DNA of 64,000 nucleotides from contig CAVPSB010000025.1 of assembly GCA_963708025.1 (NCBI GenBank), positions 320,001-384,000 of the forward strand, read 5' to 3'. The notes beneath the pieces are model-generated. The model did no database searches and was not told the DNA's origin. It worked only from the letters and a program-made list of their open reading frames with translations. How positions within the stretch are numbered: position 1 is the first letter of the stretch; the number at the start of each line of letters is the position of its first letter. The DNA comes from an uncultured Candidatus Rokubacteria bacterium (GTDB lineage: Bacteria; Methylomirabilota; Methylomirabilia; Rokubacteriales; DASRDR01). The translations under genes were made by a program, and so were the position numbers. Shown here one piece after another: positions 1-8,523 of this stretch.

Positions 1-1
1 C

Positions 2-1495
2 GACCGCCACGTCGCGGAGGGGCGCGGCCAGCACCCGGCCATCGTCACCCCGGACCGCACGATCAGCTACGCGGGGCTCGACGCCGGCGTGGCCCGGGCG
101 GCCCGCCTCCTCGAGCGGCTGGGGGTGCAGCGGGAGCAGCGGGTGGCGCTCCTCCTCCGGGACTCCCCCGAGTTCGCCTACGTCTTCTTCGGCGCGATGA
201 AGGCGGGCATGGTCCCGGTGCCGCTGTCCACGCTGGGGACGCCGGACGAGTGCGAGTACGCGCTCCGGGACAGCCGGGCGGTGGCGCTCGTCACCGACGC
301 GGCCGGCTACCCGCGGGTCGAGCCGGTGTGGCCGAAGGTGCCCTCCCTGCGCTGTTGCCTGGTGACCGGCGAGGCGCCGCCCGGCACGCTGGCCCTCGAC
401 CCGGCCCTCGCGGCCGAGCCGGCCGGCTACGACCCGGCGCCCACCCACCGGGACGACATGGCCTACTGGCTCTACTCCTCGGGCACCACCGGGCGCCCGA
501 AGGCAATCGTCCACCTCCACCACGACATGCTCTTCTGCGTGGAGCCCTACGTGCGGCACGTCCTCGCCCTCACCCCGCAAGACCGCACGTTCGCCGTCCC
601 CCGCCTCTTCTTCTCGTATGGCCTCACCTCGTGCCTCTACCTGCCGCTGGCGGTCGGCGCCTCGACGGTGCTGGTGGCCGAGCGGCCCGATCCGGCCGGC
701 GTCTTCGAGCTGTGCGCCAGGCTCCGGCCGACCGTCTTCTTCTCGGTCCCGACGTCCTTCGCCGCCCTGTTGCGCCAGGCCGAGGTCACCCCGCCCGATC
801 TCTCCTCGCTCCGGCTGTGCGTGTCCGCCGGGGAGCCGCTGCCGGCGCCGCTCCACGAGCGCTGGGTGGCCCGGACGGACATCGAGTGCCTGGACGGGCT
901 CGGCGCCACCGAGGTCGGCTACATCTTCGTCTCGAACCGCCCGGGCGCGGTGCGGCCCGGCTCGTCCGGCCAGCTCCTGCCCGGCTACCGCGCCCGGGTC
1001 GTGGACGCGGACGGCCGCGAGCTGCCGCCGGGGGCGGTGGGCGACCTCTGGGTGTCCGGCGAGTCGCTGGCCGCCGGCTACTGGAACAAGCACGAGAAGA
1101 CGAAGGCCGCGTTCGTCGGCGAGTGGTACCGGACCGGCGACCAGTACGTGGTCAACGCCGACGGCTACTACGTCTACCAGGGTCGCGCCGACGACCTCCT
1201 GCGGGTCGCCGGCAACTGGGTCTCGCCGCTCGAGGTGGAGTCGTGCCTGCTGGAGCATCCGGCGGTCGCCGAGTGCGCGGTGGTCGGGAGCCGGGACGCC
1301 GACGGGCTGGAGAAGCCCCGGGCCTTCGTCGTCCTCCAGCCCGGGACTCCGGGCAACGGACTCGAGGAGGCCCTGCGCGCCCACGCCCGGGCGCGGCTTC
1401 AATCGTTCAAGGCGCCGCGGTGGATCACGGTGGTCGCCGATCTGCCGAAGACGGCGACCGGTAAGGTGCAGCGCTACCGCCTCCGCACGGACTAG
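2..1495 (+). CDS. Benzoate-CoA ligase family AMP-binding enzyme (5' end outside window)
   Basis: Frame open from base 2 (DRHVAEGRG...); motifs YWLYSSGTTGRPK, SAGEPLP, WYRTGD, PKTATGKVQR. Confidence 0.9.
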   Translation, partial: DRHVAEGRGQHPAIVTPDRTISYAGLDAGVARAARLLERLGVQREQRVALLLRDSPEFAYVFFGAMKAGMVPVPLSTLGTPDECEYALRDSRAVALVTDAAGYPRVEPVWPKVPSLRCCLVTGEAPPGTLALDPALAAEPAGYDPAPTHRDDMAYWLYSSGTTGRPKAIVHLHHDMLFCVEPYVRHVLALTPQDRTFAVPRLFFSYGLTSCLYLPLAVGASTVLVAERPDPAGVFELCARLRPTVFFSVPTSFAALLRQAEVTPPDLSSLRLCVSAGEPLPAPLHERWVARTDIECLDGLGATEVGYIFVSNRPGAVRPGSSGQLLPGYRARVVDADGRELPPGAVGDLWVSGESLAAGYWNKHEKTKAAFVGEWYRTGDQYVVNADGYYVYQGRADDLLRVAGNWVSPLEVESCLLEHPAVAECAVVGSRDADGLEKPRAFVVLQPGTPGNGLEEALRAHARARLQSFKAPRWITVVADLPKTATGKVQRYRLRTD

Positions 1496-1599
1496 TGCCG
1501 TTCCAACTTGTTCCAGCTAGTGCTTTTCGGGGAATGCGGCAAGTCCGTGCTTCAAGAATTGGTTGCCTATTTTGGCTCATGTAGTTGGAACGGCACTAG
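1492..1599. mobile_element. Putative MITE, IS630-like ends
   Basis: Perfect inverted repeat CTAGTGCCGTTCCAACT (1492-1508) / AGTTGGAACGGCACTAG (1583-1599) around an AT-rich non-coding core. Confidence 0.7.
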
Positions 1600-1648
1600 C
1601 ACCGCGGCCATCGCGGCCACCCCCCTGTCTCCTGTATAGTGTCCCGTG

Positions 1649-1849
1649 ATGAAGGTCATCCTGCGCAACCAGGGGAAGGAAGTCGAGTTGGCCGGCCGGC
1701 GGCGCGTCAAGGAACTGCTGGCGGAGCTCGGCCTCCTGCCCGAGACGGTGCTGGTGATCCGCGGCCGGGAGCTCCTGACCATCGACGAGGTCGTCCGCGA
1801 GGACGACGTGATCGAGCTGCGCCCGGTGATCTCTGGAGGCGGCCCGTGA
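1649..1849 (+). CDS. ttuB: ThiS/MoaD-family sulfur carrier (TtuB-like)
   Basis: 66 aa ubiquitin-like size, C-terminal IELRPVISGGGP, overlaps ttuA start (GTGA). Confidence 0.8.
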   Translation: MKVILRNQGKEVELAGRRRVKELLAELGLLPETVLVIRGRELLTIDEVVREDDVIELRPVISGGGP

Positions 1850-2844
1850 AGTGCCGGAAGTGCGGCGGCCGCGCGGTCCTGGAGCTGCGCCGCCACAACA
1901 CCGCGTTCTGCGCCGACGACTTTCTCGGCTTCTTCCGGAACCAGGTCCTGGAGACCATTCGCCGCTGGAAGATGCTCACGCGAGACGAGCCGGTGCTGGT
2001 CGCCGTCTCCGGGGGCAAGGACTCCCTCGCGCTCTGGGAGGTCCTGCTGGAGGCCGGCTACACGACGACGGGCCTCTACATCGACCTGGGGATCTTCGAC
2101 TACTCGAAGGAGTCGAAGGCCCGCTGTGAGGCCTTCGCGACGGCGCGCGGCGCCCGGCTCCTGGTGGTGGCGGTAGCCGACGAGATCGGGGCCGGCATCC
2201 CGCAGGTCAAGGCCGTGACGCGCCGGCCGACCTGCTCCGCCTGTGGCCTGTCCAAGCGCTACATCATGAACCGGGCGGCCCTCGACCACGGCTTCCCGGT
2301 GGTCGCCACCGGCCACAACCTGGACGACGAGGCGGCGACGCTCTTCGGCTCGACCCTGCGCTGGGACGAGTCCTCGCTGGCCCGGCAGACGCCGGTGCTG
2401 GCGGCGACTCACGCCAAGCTCGTCCGGCGGGTCAAGCCCCTCTTCCGGCTGAGCGAGCGGGAGACCGCCGCCTACGCGTTTCTCCGGGGGATCGACTACA
2501 TCGTCGAGGAGTGCCCCTTTGCGAAGGGCGCCACCTCGATCGCGCACAAGGAGATCCTCAACCGGCTCGAGGACGTCTCGCCGGGCGCCAAGGCGAGCTT
2601 CCTCGTGAACTACCTCGAGCGGGCCCGGCCGCGCTTCCAGGCCGGCGAGGCGGTCGAGCTGCGCGAGTGCGTCCGCTGCGGCCAGGCGACCACCGGCGAG
2701 GTGTGCGCGTTCTGCAAGCTGGCGGACCAGGTCCGGCGCGGCGGCAGCGCCCGGGCCCCGGACGGGCCGGAGCCCACTGACGACGCCGGACTGCGCGGCT
2801 TCGTCTCCGATCTGGACGCTGCGTCCGAGATCCACGCCTCCTGA
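1846..2844 (+). CDS. ttuA: tRNA 2-thiolation sulfurtransferase TtuA (TtcA/Ctu1 family)
   Basis: N-terminal CRKC..H..C Zn finger, PP-loop SGGKDS, CSAC, GHNLDD, ECP, C-terminal CVRC..CAFC; next to sulfur carrier. Confidence 0.85.
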   Translation: MKCRKCGGRAVLELRRHNTAFCADDFLGFFRNQVLETIRRWKMLTRDEPVLVAVSGGKDSLALWEVLLEAGYTTTGLYIDLGIFDYSKESKARCEAFATARGARLLVVAVADEIGAGIPQVKAVTRRPTCSACGLSKRYIMNRAALDHGFPVVATGHNLDDEAATLFGSTLRWDESSLARQTPVLAATHAKLVRRVKPLFRLSERETAAYAFLRGIDYIVEECPFAKGATSIAHKEILNRLEDVSPGAKASFLVNYLERARPRFQAGEAVELRECVRCGQATTGEVCAFCKLADQVRRGGSARAPDGPEPTDDAGLRGFVSDLDAASEIHAS

Positions 2845-2861
2845 CCGGCGGACCCCGACCC

Positions 2862-3671
2862 ATGACGAACCCCACCCCGCCAGCGGACGCCGACCAGGTC
2901 ATCTTCATCGGCTCCGGCGGCGGCCGGATGACGACGGCCAGCCAGGCCCGGGCGACCGGCGGGCTGTGGATCGTCCTCGACGGCGTCCGCCTCCACGTCG
3001 ACCCGGGCCCCGGCGCCCTGGTTCACGTGCGAGGCCGCGCGCTCGCCCTCGATCCCGCCCGGCTCGACGCGATCGTCCTCACCCACAAGCACCTCGACCA
3101 CTCCGGCGACGTCAACGCGATGATCGAGGCCATGACCGAAGGGGGGACCCGGCCGCGCGGCCGGGTGCTGGCGCCACGCGACGCCTACGAGGACGATCCG
3201 GTGATCCTCCAGTACGTCCGGAAGTACGCGGGGGAGACGGGCATCCTCGAGGCCGGGGGCCGCTATCTCCTCGGGGACGTGGTGCTGGAGACCCCGCTCC
3301 GGCTCCGGCATCCCGTCGAGACCTACGGGCTCCGGCTGACCGGGCGCCGGCACACGATCGGCCTCATCGCCTGCACCGGCTACTTCCCGGAGCTGGAGAC
3401 AGAATTCCGCACGGACCTCCTGATCCTCAACGTGGTCTTCCGCAACCCCCGCGACGAGATCCACCTCGCCATGCCCGACGCTCGGCGGCTCGTCGCCGCC
3501 ATCCGGCCGCGGCTCGCCGTCCTCACGCACTTCGGGCTGACGATGGTACGGGCCCGGCCCTGGGAGCTGGCCGACGCCCTCACGCAGGAGACCGGGGTGC
3601 GTGTGGTCGCCGCCCGCGACCACTGGCGCCTCCTCCTCGACGAAGCCCTGGGCACCCCGGACTCGCCGTGA
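2862..3671 (+). CDS. MBL-fold metallo-hydrolase
   Basis: THKHLDHSGD (HxHxDH), VDPGPG, LTHFG. Confidence 0.85.
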   Translation: MTNPTPPADADQVIFIGSGGGRMTTASQARATGGLWIVLDGVRLHVDPGPGALVHVRGRALALDPARLDAIVLTHKHLDHSGDVNAMIEAMTEGGTRPRGRVLAPRDAYEDDPVILQYVRKYAGETGILEAGGRYLLGDVVLETPLRLRHPVETYGLRLTGRRHTIGLIACTGYFPELETEFRTDLLILNVVFRNPRDEIHLAMPDARRLVAAIRPRLAVLTHFGLTMVRARPWELADALTQETGVRVVAARDHWRLLLDEALGTPDSP

Positions 3672-3933
3672 CGGCGGGGCCCTGCCGGAGGCACACCTCC
3701 GGTACCGGGCCGACCCTGATCGCCGCCTCTTCTGCGATCAGTACGCAACCAGGGCGACCGATCGTGAGCGGCATCAGCCCGGCAGCGCCGTGCCGACATC
3801 GGGCGGACCGGAGGTGTGCTGGAAGAGAGCCTGGCGCGCCGGCTCGCTGCGTCCGAGCTCGGCGAGGGCGTCGGCGATCCGCTCGGGGTCAACGTCCGGA
3901 ACGTCCTTCACGTGGCGATCGAGAGCGCGCCGG

Positions 3934-4701
3934 TCAGCGGATTCGCTTGATGTACCCGCTCGGCCAGTGCGTCACCGGCGTCCGCACCCGGCCCTCGTTG
4001 AACAGGAATCCGGGGGGATCGATGATGAACTGCGGATGCTGGGCGACGAACTCGAGCGCGGCTTGCCTGGGGTTGTTCCAGGCCCAGTCCGGCTGGCTGC
4101 GCGGCGCGCCGACGAGGTCCTCCATGATGCCGTCCATCACCACGATGTAGGAGCCTGAAGAGACCAGCGGCGCGTACGCGTGAAGCTCGGCGAGCACGTG
4201 GGCCTTGTCATGAGCCGAGTCGAGGGCCACGAAGACGTGGTCCGTCGGGGCGATGTGGCGTTTCACCTCATCGAACACCTGGGGATGGATCGAGCTGCCC
4301 TCGATCAGGGTCACGTAGGACCCGAGCGGGTGGGCTTCGATCGCGGCTCGATTGTGGGGGCGGATCTCGATGTCCACACCGATGACCCGCCCCTTCCCCA
4401 GGAGCTTGCAGAGGCTCGCGTAGAAGATCAGGCTGCCGCCGTGGGCGATACCGGTTTCGACGATGACGTCGGGCTGGACGGTGAACAACAGCTCTTGGAG
4501 CCGCACGATGTCCTCAGGCAGCTGGATGATGGGACGCCCGAGCCACGTGAAGCTGTAGACGTGCTTGACGTCCCAGCCGACGCGCAGCCAGGCCTTGGAG
4601 ACCAAGTCGAAGGCCTCCGGTTCTTCAAACCTGAGCACTCGCGGTCCCTGCTCGTCGGTGACCGTGAGGACGCCGGCGCCGGTGTCGATGGTGATGATCA
4701 T
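3934..4701 (-). CDS. CmcI family (cephalosporin hydroxylase / O-methyltransferase)
   Basis: YSFTWLGRPIIQLPEDI, PDVIVETGIAHGGS, GVDIEIR, LDSAH motifs; ATG at 4701. Confidence 0.85.
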   Translation of the reverse strand: MIITIDTGAGVLTVTDEQGPRVLRFEEPEAFDLVSKAWLRVGWDVKHVYSFTWLGRPIIQLPEDIVRLQELLFTVQPDVIVETGIAHGGSLIFYASLCKLLGKGRVIGVDIEIRPHNRAAIEAHPLGSYVTLIEGSSIHPQVFDEVKRHIAPTDHVFVALDSAHDKAHVLAELHAYAPLVSSGSYIVVMDGIMEDLVGAPRSQPDWAWNNPRQAALEFVAQHPQFIIDPPGFLFNEGRVRTPVTHWPSGYIKRIR

Positions 4702-4748
4702 CCACCGATACGTGGAACGATCGTGGTGCGTGGGTCGGTGGAAGTGTA

Positions 4749-5420
4749 TCACGGCGAGCCCGCCGGCCCGGGCGACGGGCCGGCGCCGAGCGCGGCGCCG
4801 AGGGCCTGCGCGTCCGGGACGACGCGGTGCCGGCCGCTCGACGCGGCCGCGGAGGTTCAGCTCGTGGGCCGGGAACCCCGCGACGTCGGCGCCGGCCCGG
4901 CGCGCGACCTCCTCCGAGATCACGAGCTGGCAGTCGTACTCCTTGGTCAGGCCCTCGAGCCGGCTCGCCACGTGCACGGTGTCGCCGACCGCGGTCAGGT
5001 ACACGGCCTCGGCGTACCCCATCCGGCCCACCACCGCCGGCCCGGCGTGGATCCCGATCCCGATCCGGAGCGGCTCCCCCAGCTCCTCGGCCAGGTCCCG
5101 GCTCAGCTCCGCGACGCTGCGGGCGATCTGGCCGGCGCCGACCAGCGCCTGGCGGCAGCCCGCCTCCGGCCCGGTCTCGACGCCGAAGAGCGCCATCACC
5201 CCGTCCCCGGTGAACTGGTTGGTGATGCCGCCCGCGCGGGCGACGGCGCTCCCGATGACCTCGAAGTAGCGGTTCAGGATGAAGACGACGTCGTAGGGCA
5301 GCTTGCGCTCGGCCAGCCGCGTGAAGGCGCGGAGGTCCGCGAACAGCACCGCGATGTCCTGCTCCCGCGCCGCCTGGGCGTGGGCTGGCCGGAGCGCTTC
5401 CGGTGCCGAGACAGTCCGGA
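4749..5420 (-). pseudogene. Class III adenylate/guanylate cyclase catalytic domain, 5'-truncated and frameshifted near the 3' end
   Basis: AVLFADLRAFT, GDGVMALFG, RIGIGIHAG, GDTVHVASRLE; no clear start or N-terminal domain; natural-looking C-terminus continues in another frame to TGA at 4749. Confidence 0.7.
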
Positions 5421-5497
5421 CCCGAGGCGCAGCCGCGTGACCCACACCGCCCGGGAGGCGCCACCGGTCGGGCGGGGTACATCCGGCGGCATCAGAT

Positions 5498-5561
5498 CGG
5501 AACCTCCCGCCTACCCCCCCAACCCCCCTCCCCCGCCCACCGGGGGGGAGGGGGGGCCGGA
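5498..5561 (-). repeat. G/C-tract palindromic dispersed repeat, copy 1 (reverse orientation)
   Basis: Reverse complement of the core CCCCCCTCCCC..GGGGAGGGGGGTTGGGGGGGTAGGCGGGAGGT seen at 36268. Confidence 0.8.
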
Positions 5562-5584
5562 GGGCCGATTCGTTCACACGCTCC

Positions 5585-6214
5585 TCAGGGCGGGCGGACC
5601 CCCAGCTCGGCGAGCAGGGCGGCCAGGTCGTGGCCATGGTCGATCCGGAAGAGGACCGCCGCCATCCCGACGTCCCGCGCCGCCTGCACGTTCGGCTCGT
5701 GGTCGTCCACGAAGACGCAGGCGGCCGGCTCGAGGCCGAGCTGCTCGGCCGTCAGCCGGTAGATGGCCGGGTCGGGCTTGGCGAGCCCGACCTCGGCCGA
5801 GCAGACCACCGTGTGGAAGAGGTCGTGGATGCCGAGGCCGTCGCGCAGCCGGCCGCGCAGGCTGGCGTCGGCGTTCGACAGGATCGCCGTGCGGTAGGAC
5901 GGCCGGAGCGCGCGGGCCAGCGCCACGTTCGCGACGATCGGGCCCTGGGCCGCCCGCCAGGCGTCGTGCAGCCGGGGCAGTGACCGGCCGGCCCGCGTCT
6001 CCAGGAGCCCGTGGGCCTCGTCGAGCCAGGCCTGGCGGTCGCCCCGCCCACACTCGAGCGCCTTCCAGGTCGGGGTCCGGTAGAGCGTCTCGAAGAGCGC
6101 GTTCCGCGGGAGCCGGTGGGTCTCCTCGATCTCGCGGGCGGCGTCCCAGCGCATGTCGTGGAGGACGCCGCCGAAGTCGAACAGGACGCCCCGGATCGCG
6201 CCCGGCGGGGTCAC
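5585..6214 (-). CDS. HAD-family phosphatase (IA, variant 3-like)
   Basis: LFDFGGVL, ILSN, KPDPAIY, FVDD; GTG start overlaps upstream stop. Confidence 0.85.
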   Translation of the reverse strand: MTPPGAIRGVLFDFGGVLHDMRWDAAREIEETHRLPRNALFETLYRTPTWKALECGRGDRQAWLDEAHGLLETRAGRSLPRLHDAWRAAQGPIVANVALARALRPSYRTAILSNADASLRGRLRDGLGIHDLFHTVVCSAEVGLAKPDPAIYRLTAEQLGLEPAACVFVDDHEPNVQAARDVGMAAVLFRIDHGHDLAALLAELGVRPP

Positions 6215-6627
6215 GGTCGGATCACCTCGGCCCGCGGGGCGATGCGGATCAGCACGCTCGTCTGCGCCGCCAGCCCCTTCCGGATGCGACGACCCATCCA
6301 CAGCGGGACGAGGAGCCAGTATTTCTTGCGGTAGGCGGCGAGCAAGGCGGCCTCCAGGTCCGGGCGATCGTCGACCCACTCGGCGCGCCCCTCGAGGGCC
6401 GGCCCGTCCTTTCGCCCGACGTGGACGGTGACGCGCCCGTCGTTCCGGATGCGCCGCGCCTTCAGGCTGGCCCTCTGCGTGGTGAAGTAGACCGCGCCGT
6501 CGTGGAGCCAGAGCCACACGGGGACGGTCCCCGGCGTCCCGGCCCGGCTGTAGGTCGTCAGGTACATGTACCGGGCGGCGCGCAGAGCCGACTCCAGACC
6601 GGGCGCCAGGGACGCCAGGGAAGCCAC
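6211..6627 (-). CDS. Pyridoxamine 5'-phosphate oxidase family / PPOX-class protein
   Basis: YLTTY..G..G.VPVW, S.KARRIRNDGRV, AY..KY pattern. Confidence 0.75.
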   Translation of the reverse strand: MASLASLAPGLESALRAARYMYLTTYSRAGTPGTVPVWLWLHDGAVYFTTQRASLKARRIRNDGRVTVHVGRKDGPALEGRAEWVDDRPDLEAALLAAYRKKYWLLVPLWMGRRIRKGLAAQTSVLIRIAPRAEVIRP

Positions 6628-6690
6628 GCCAGCGAGCTTATCAGACTTCCTCGTCCGTTCGTCCGGTGAGAGCGTGTGAAAGGAATGGCG

Positions 6691-6820
6691 TCCTCCGACT
6701 CCCCCCTCCCCCCAGTGGCCGCCGGAGGGACGGGACGGCGCGAGGGCCGCAGGCCCGAGCCGTCCCGGCGATCCGGTCAAGACGGAGGGGGGCTGGGGGG
6801 GTGGGCGGGAGGTCCCGAAC
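6691..6820 (+). repeat. G/C-tract dispersed repeat, copy 2 with internal module
   Basis: TCCTCCGACTCCCCCCTCCCCCC ... GGGGGGCTGGGGGGGTGGGCGGGAGGTCCCGAAC. Confidence 0.8.
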
Positions 6821-6825
6821 TGAGG

Positions 6826-7377
6826 TCAGCCGCGGGGGCGTTCGCCGAGGAGCGACCGGAGGAGCGCGCGCCCGTCGGGGCCCGTCCACGGTCGCGGGCC
6901 GATGGCCCGGGCCCGCAACGTCCCGTCCCGGCCGACGAGGTAGACGATCGGCGTGGCGCGCACGGCGTAGGCGGACGACACCTCGCGGTCGGCGTCGAGC
7001 AGGACCCGGGCGGTGTACCCGCGGCTCTTCACGGCGCGCTCGACGATCGCGCGGTCCTCGGCGAGGTCGATGAGGAGGACGGTCAGCCCGTCACGATCCA
7101 GGTCCTGGGCCAGCGCGTTGATCGAGGGCAACTCCCTCGTGCAGTGCGGTCACCACGTGGCCCAGAAGTAGAGGAGAACGACCCGGCCGCGAAAGGCCTC
7201 GAGGCCCACCGGGCGTCCCGCGAGATCGGGCAGCGTGAAGCGCGGGGCCTCGACGCGCACGCTCGGGCGCTCCAGCTCGAGCGCCTGCCAGAGATCGGGG
7301 CCCTCCCCACGGGCGGTCGCCGCCGCCAGGAGGCCGATCAGGACCAGCGCGGCCGGCCCGCGCCACGGGCGCCTCAC
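6826..7377 (-). CDS. TlpA/ResA-like redoxin, putative selenoprotein (Sec codon at 7152-7150)
   Basis: One frame across TGA gives FWATW-U-PHC-TRELP, with downstream TP motif; N-terminal hydrophobic signal; SECIS-like hairpin follows the TGA. Confidence 0.85.
7123..7139 (-). promoter_or_regulatory. Putative bacterial SECIS hairpin
   Basis: CGAGGG-AGUUG-CCCUCG; loop begins 16 nt after UGA and has GU at loop positions 2-3. Confidence 0.7.
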
Positions 7378-8261
7378 GGCGAGACCCCGGGTGTCCCGCC
7401 GGTGGCCTCGTCGCGGACGCGCTGGAGCGCGCTGGCTTCGAACTCGCCGAGCGACAGGCCGAAGGCCTGCTGGAAGTGGCCGAACCGATCGTCGGAGCGG
7501 GCGAAGGCGCGGAAGTAGTCCACGAGCCGATCGAATCCCCGGCGCTGGATCAGGTCGTCCGTGAGGAGGAACGCCAGGCGGTAGGTGAGCCGATCGCCCG
7601 AGCGGAGATGGCGCGTCTCCCACCCGCGCGGCTGCCCCAGCGCGACCAGGTCGAGCGGGTCGTCGCGGAGGCGGGGCAGCTCCCCGGCCACCACCCGCAG
7701 GGCCTCCTCCCGCTCGTGACGGAACGTGGCGACGCCCAACCGCTGCAGCACCTGACTCGCGACCCAGTCGGCCATGCCTTCCCGCAGCCACTGCTCGGAC
7801 TGGCCGCGCCGCCCTCCGGCGAGCTGGTACTGGACGACGTGGGTCAGCTCGTGGGCCAGCACGCCGAGCCACGCGCGCGGGGCCCGGTCCCCCAGCGCGG
7901 CCTCGTTGATGAACAGCCGCCGGTGCTGCCCCAGCCCGGCCGAGTAGCTGGAGATCTCGCGGGCCCGGGCGGCCGGGATGCCACCCACGTCGGTGAGACC
8001 GTGGGCGTACGCCTCCCGGAACGGGTAGACGAAGAGGGTGACCGTGGACGGGAGCGGCAGCCCGAGGTCCCGCGCCATCACCGCCGAGATGGCCCGGACC
8101 GCCGCCGGGTAGTCGGTGAGCGGGCCGATCCGGGCCGGGTCCTCGAGCGCGCCCGGATCGAGGCGGACGGGCAGGACGCGGGGGTCCGCGACGCAGCCCG
8201 CCACGAGCAGGGCGAGGGCCACGAGCGGCGCGGCGATGGCGGTCCGGAGACGCTGGGGCAT
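7374..8261 (-). CDS. Putative lipoprotein with zinc metallopeptidase (MA-clan) motif
   Basis: Lipobox LLVAGC; AHELTH (HExxH) followed by WLREGMAD. Confidence 0.7.
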   Translation of the reverse strand: MPQRLRTAIAAPLVALALLVAGCVADPRVLPVRLDPGALEDPARIGPLTDYPAAVRAISAVMARDLGLPLPSTVTLFVYPFREAYAHGLTDVGGIPAARAREISSYSAGLGQHRRLFINEAALGDRAPRAWLGVLAHELTHVVQYQLAGGRRGQSEQWLREGMADWVASQVLQRLGVATFRHEREEALRVVAGELPRLRDDPLDLVALGQPRGWETRHLRSGDRLTYRLAFLLTDDLIQRRGFDRLVDYFRAFARSDDRFGHFQQAFGLSLGEFEASALQRVRDEATGGTPGVSP

Positions 8262-8523
8262 GTCCTGGTCGGGTCCGATGCCGGACTGAGACACCATACC
8301 GTATGGCCCCGGGAAACGCGACCCTCTCGTTCTCGCCCGCTCCCTCCGCCCGCCCACCGGGAGCCTTTGAAGTGGGGGCGGGGCCGAGGAGCGAGCAGCG
8401 CTAGGACGCAGGCGACCGAGATGAACGTTGCGACGCTCATCGGCCCCACCCCCTGAGTTGCGGGCGGGGCGGCCCGCCGGTATAGTGAGGCCGATCGATC
8501 CTCGGGCCGCAGGAGGCCACGCC

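Noticed and set aside
3672-3933. Possible short ORFs or gene remnants between convergent genes
   Set aside because: No recognisable motif or convincing start on either strand
3934-5637. 567-aa ORF suggesting an adenylate cyclase-CmcI fusion
   Set aside because: The join depends on a frameshift near 4830; the cyclase has its own stop at 4749 in another frame, CmcI has its own ATG, and the ORF's N-terminus runs through a repeat
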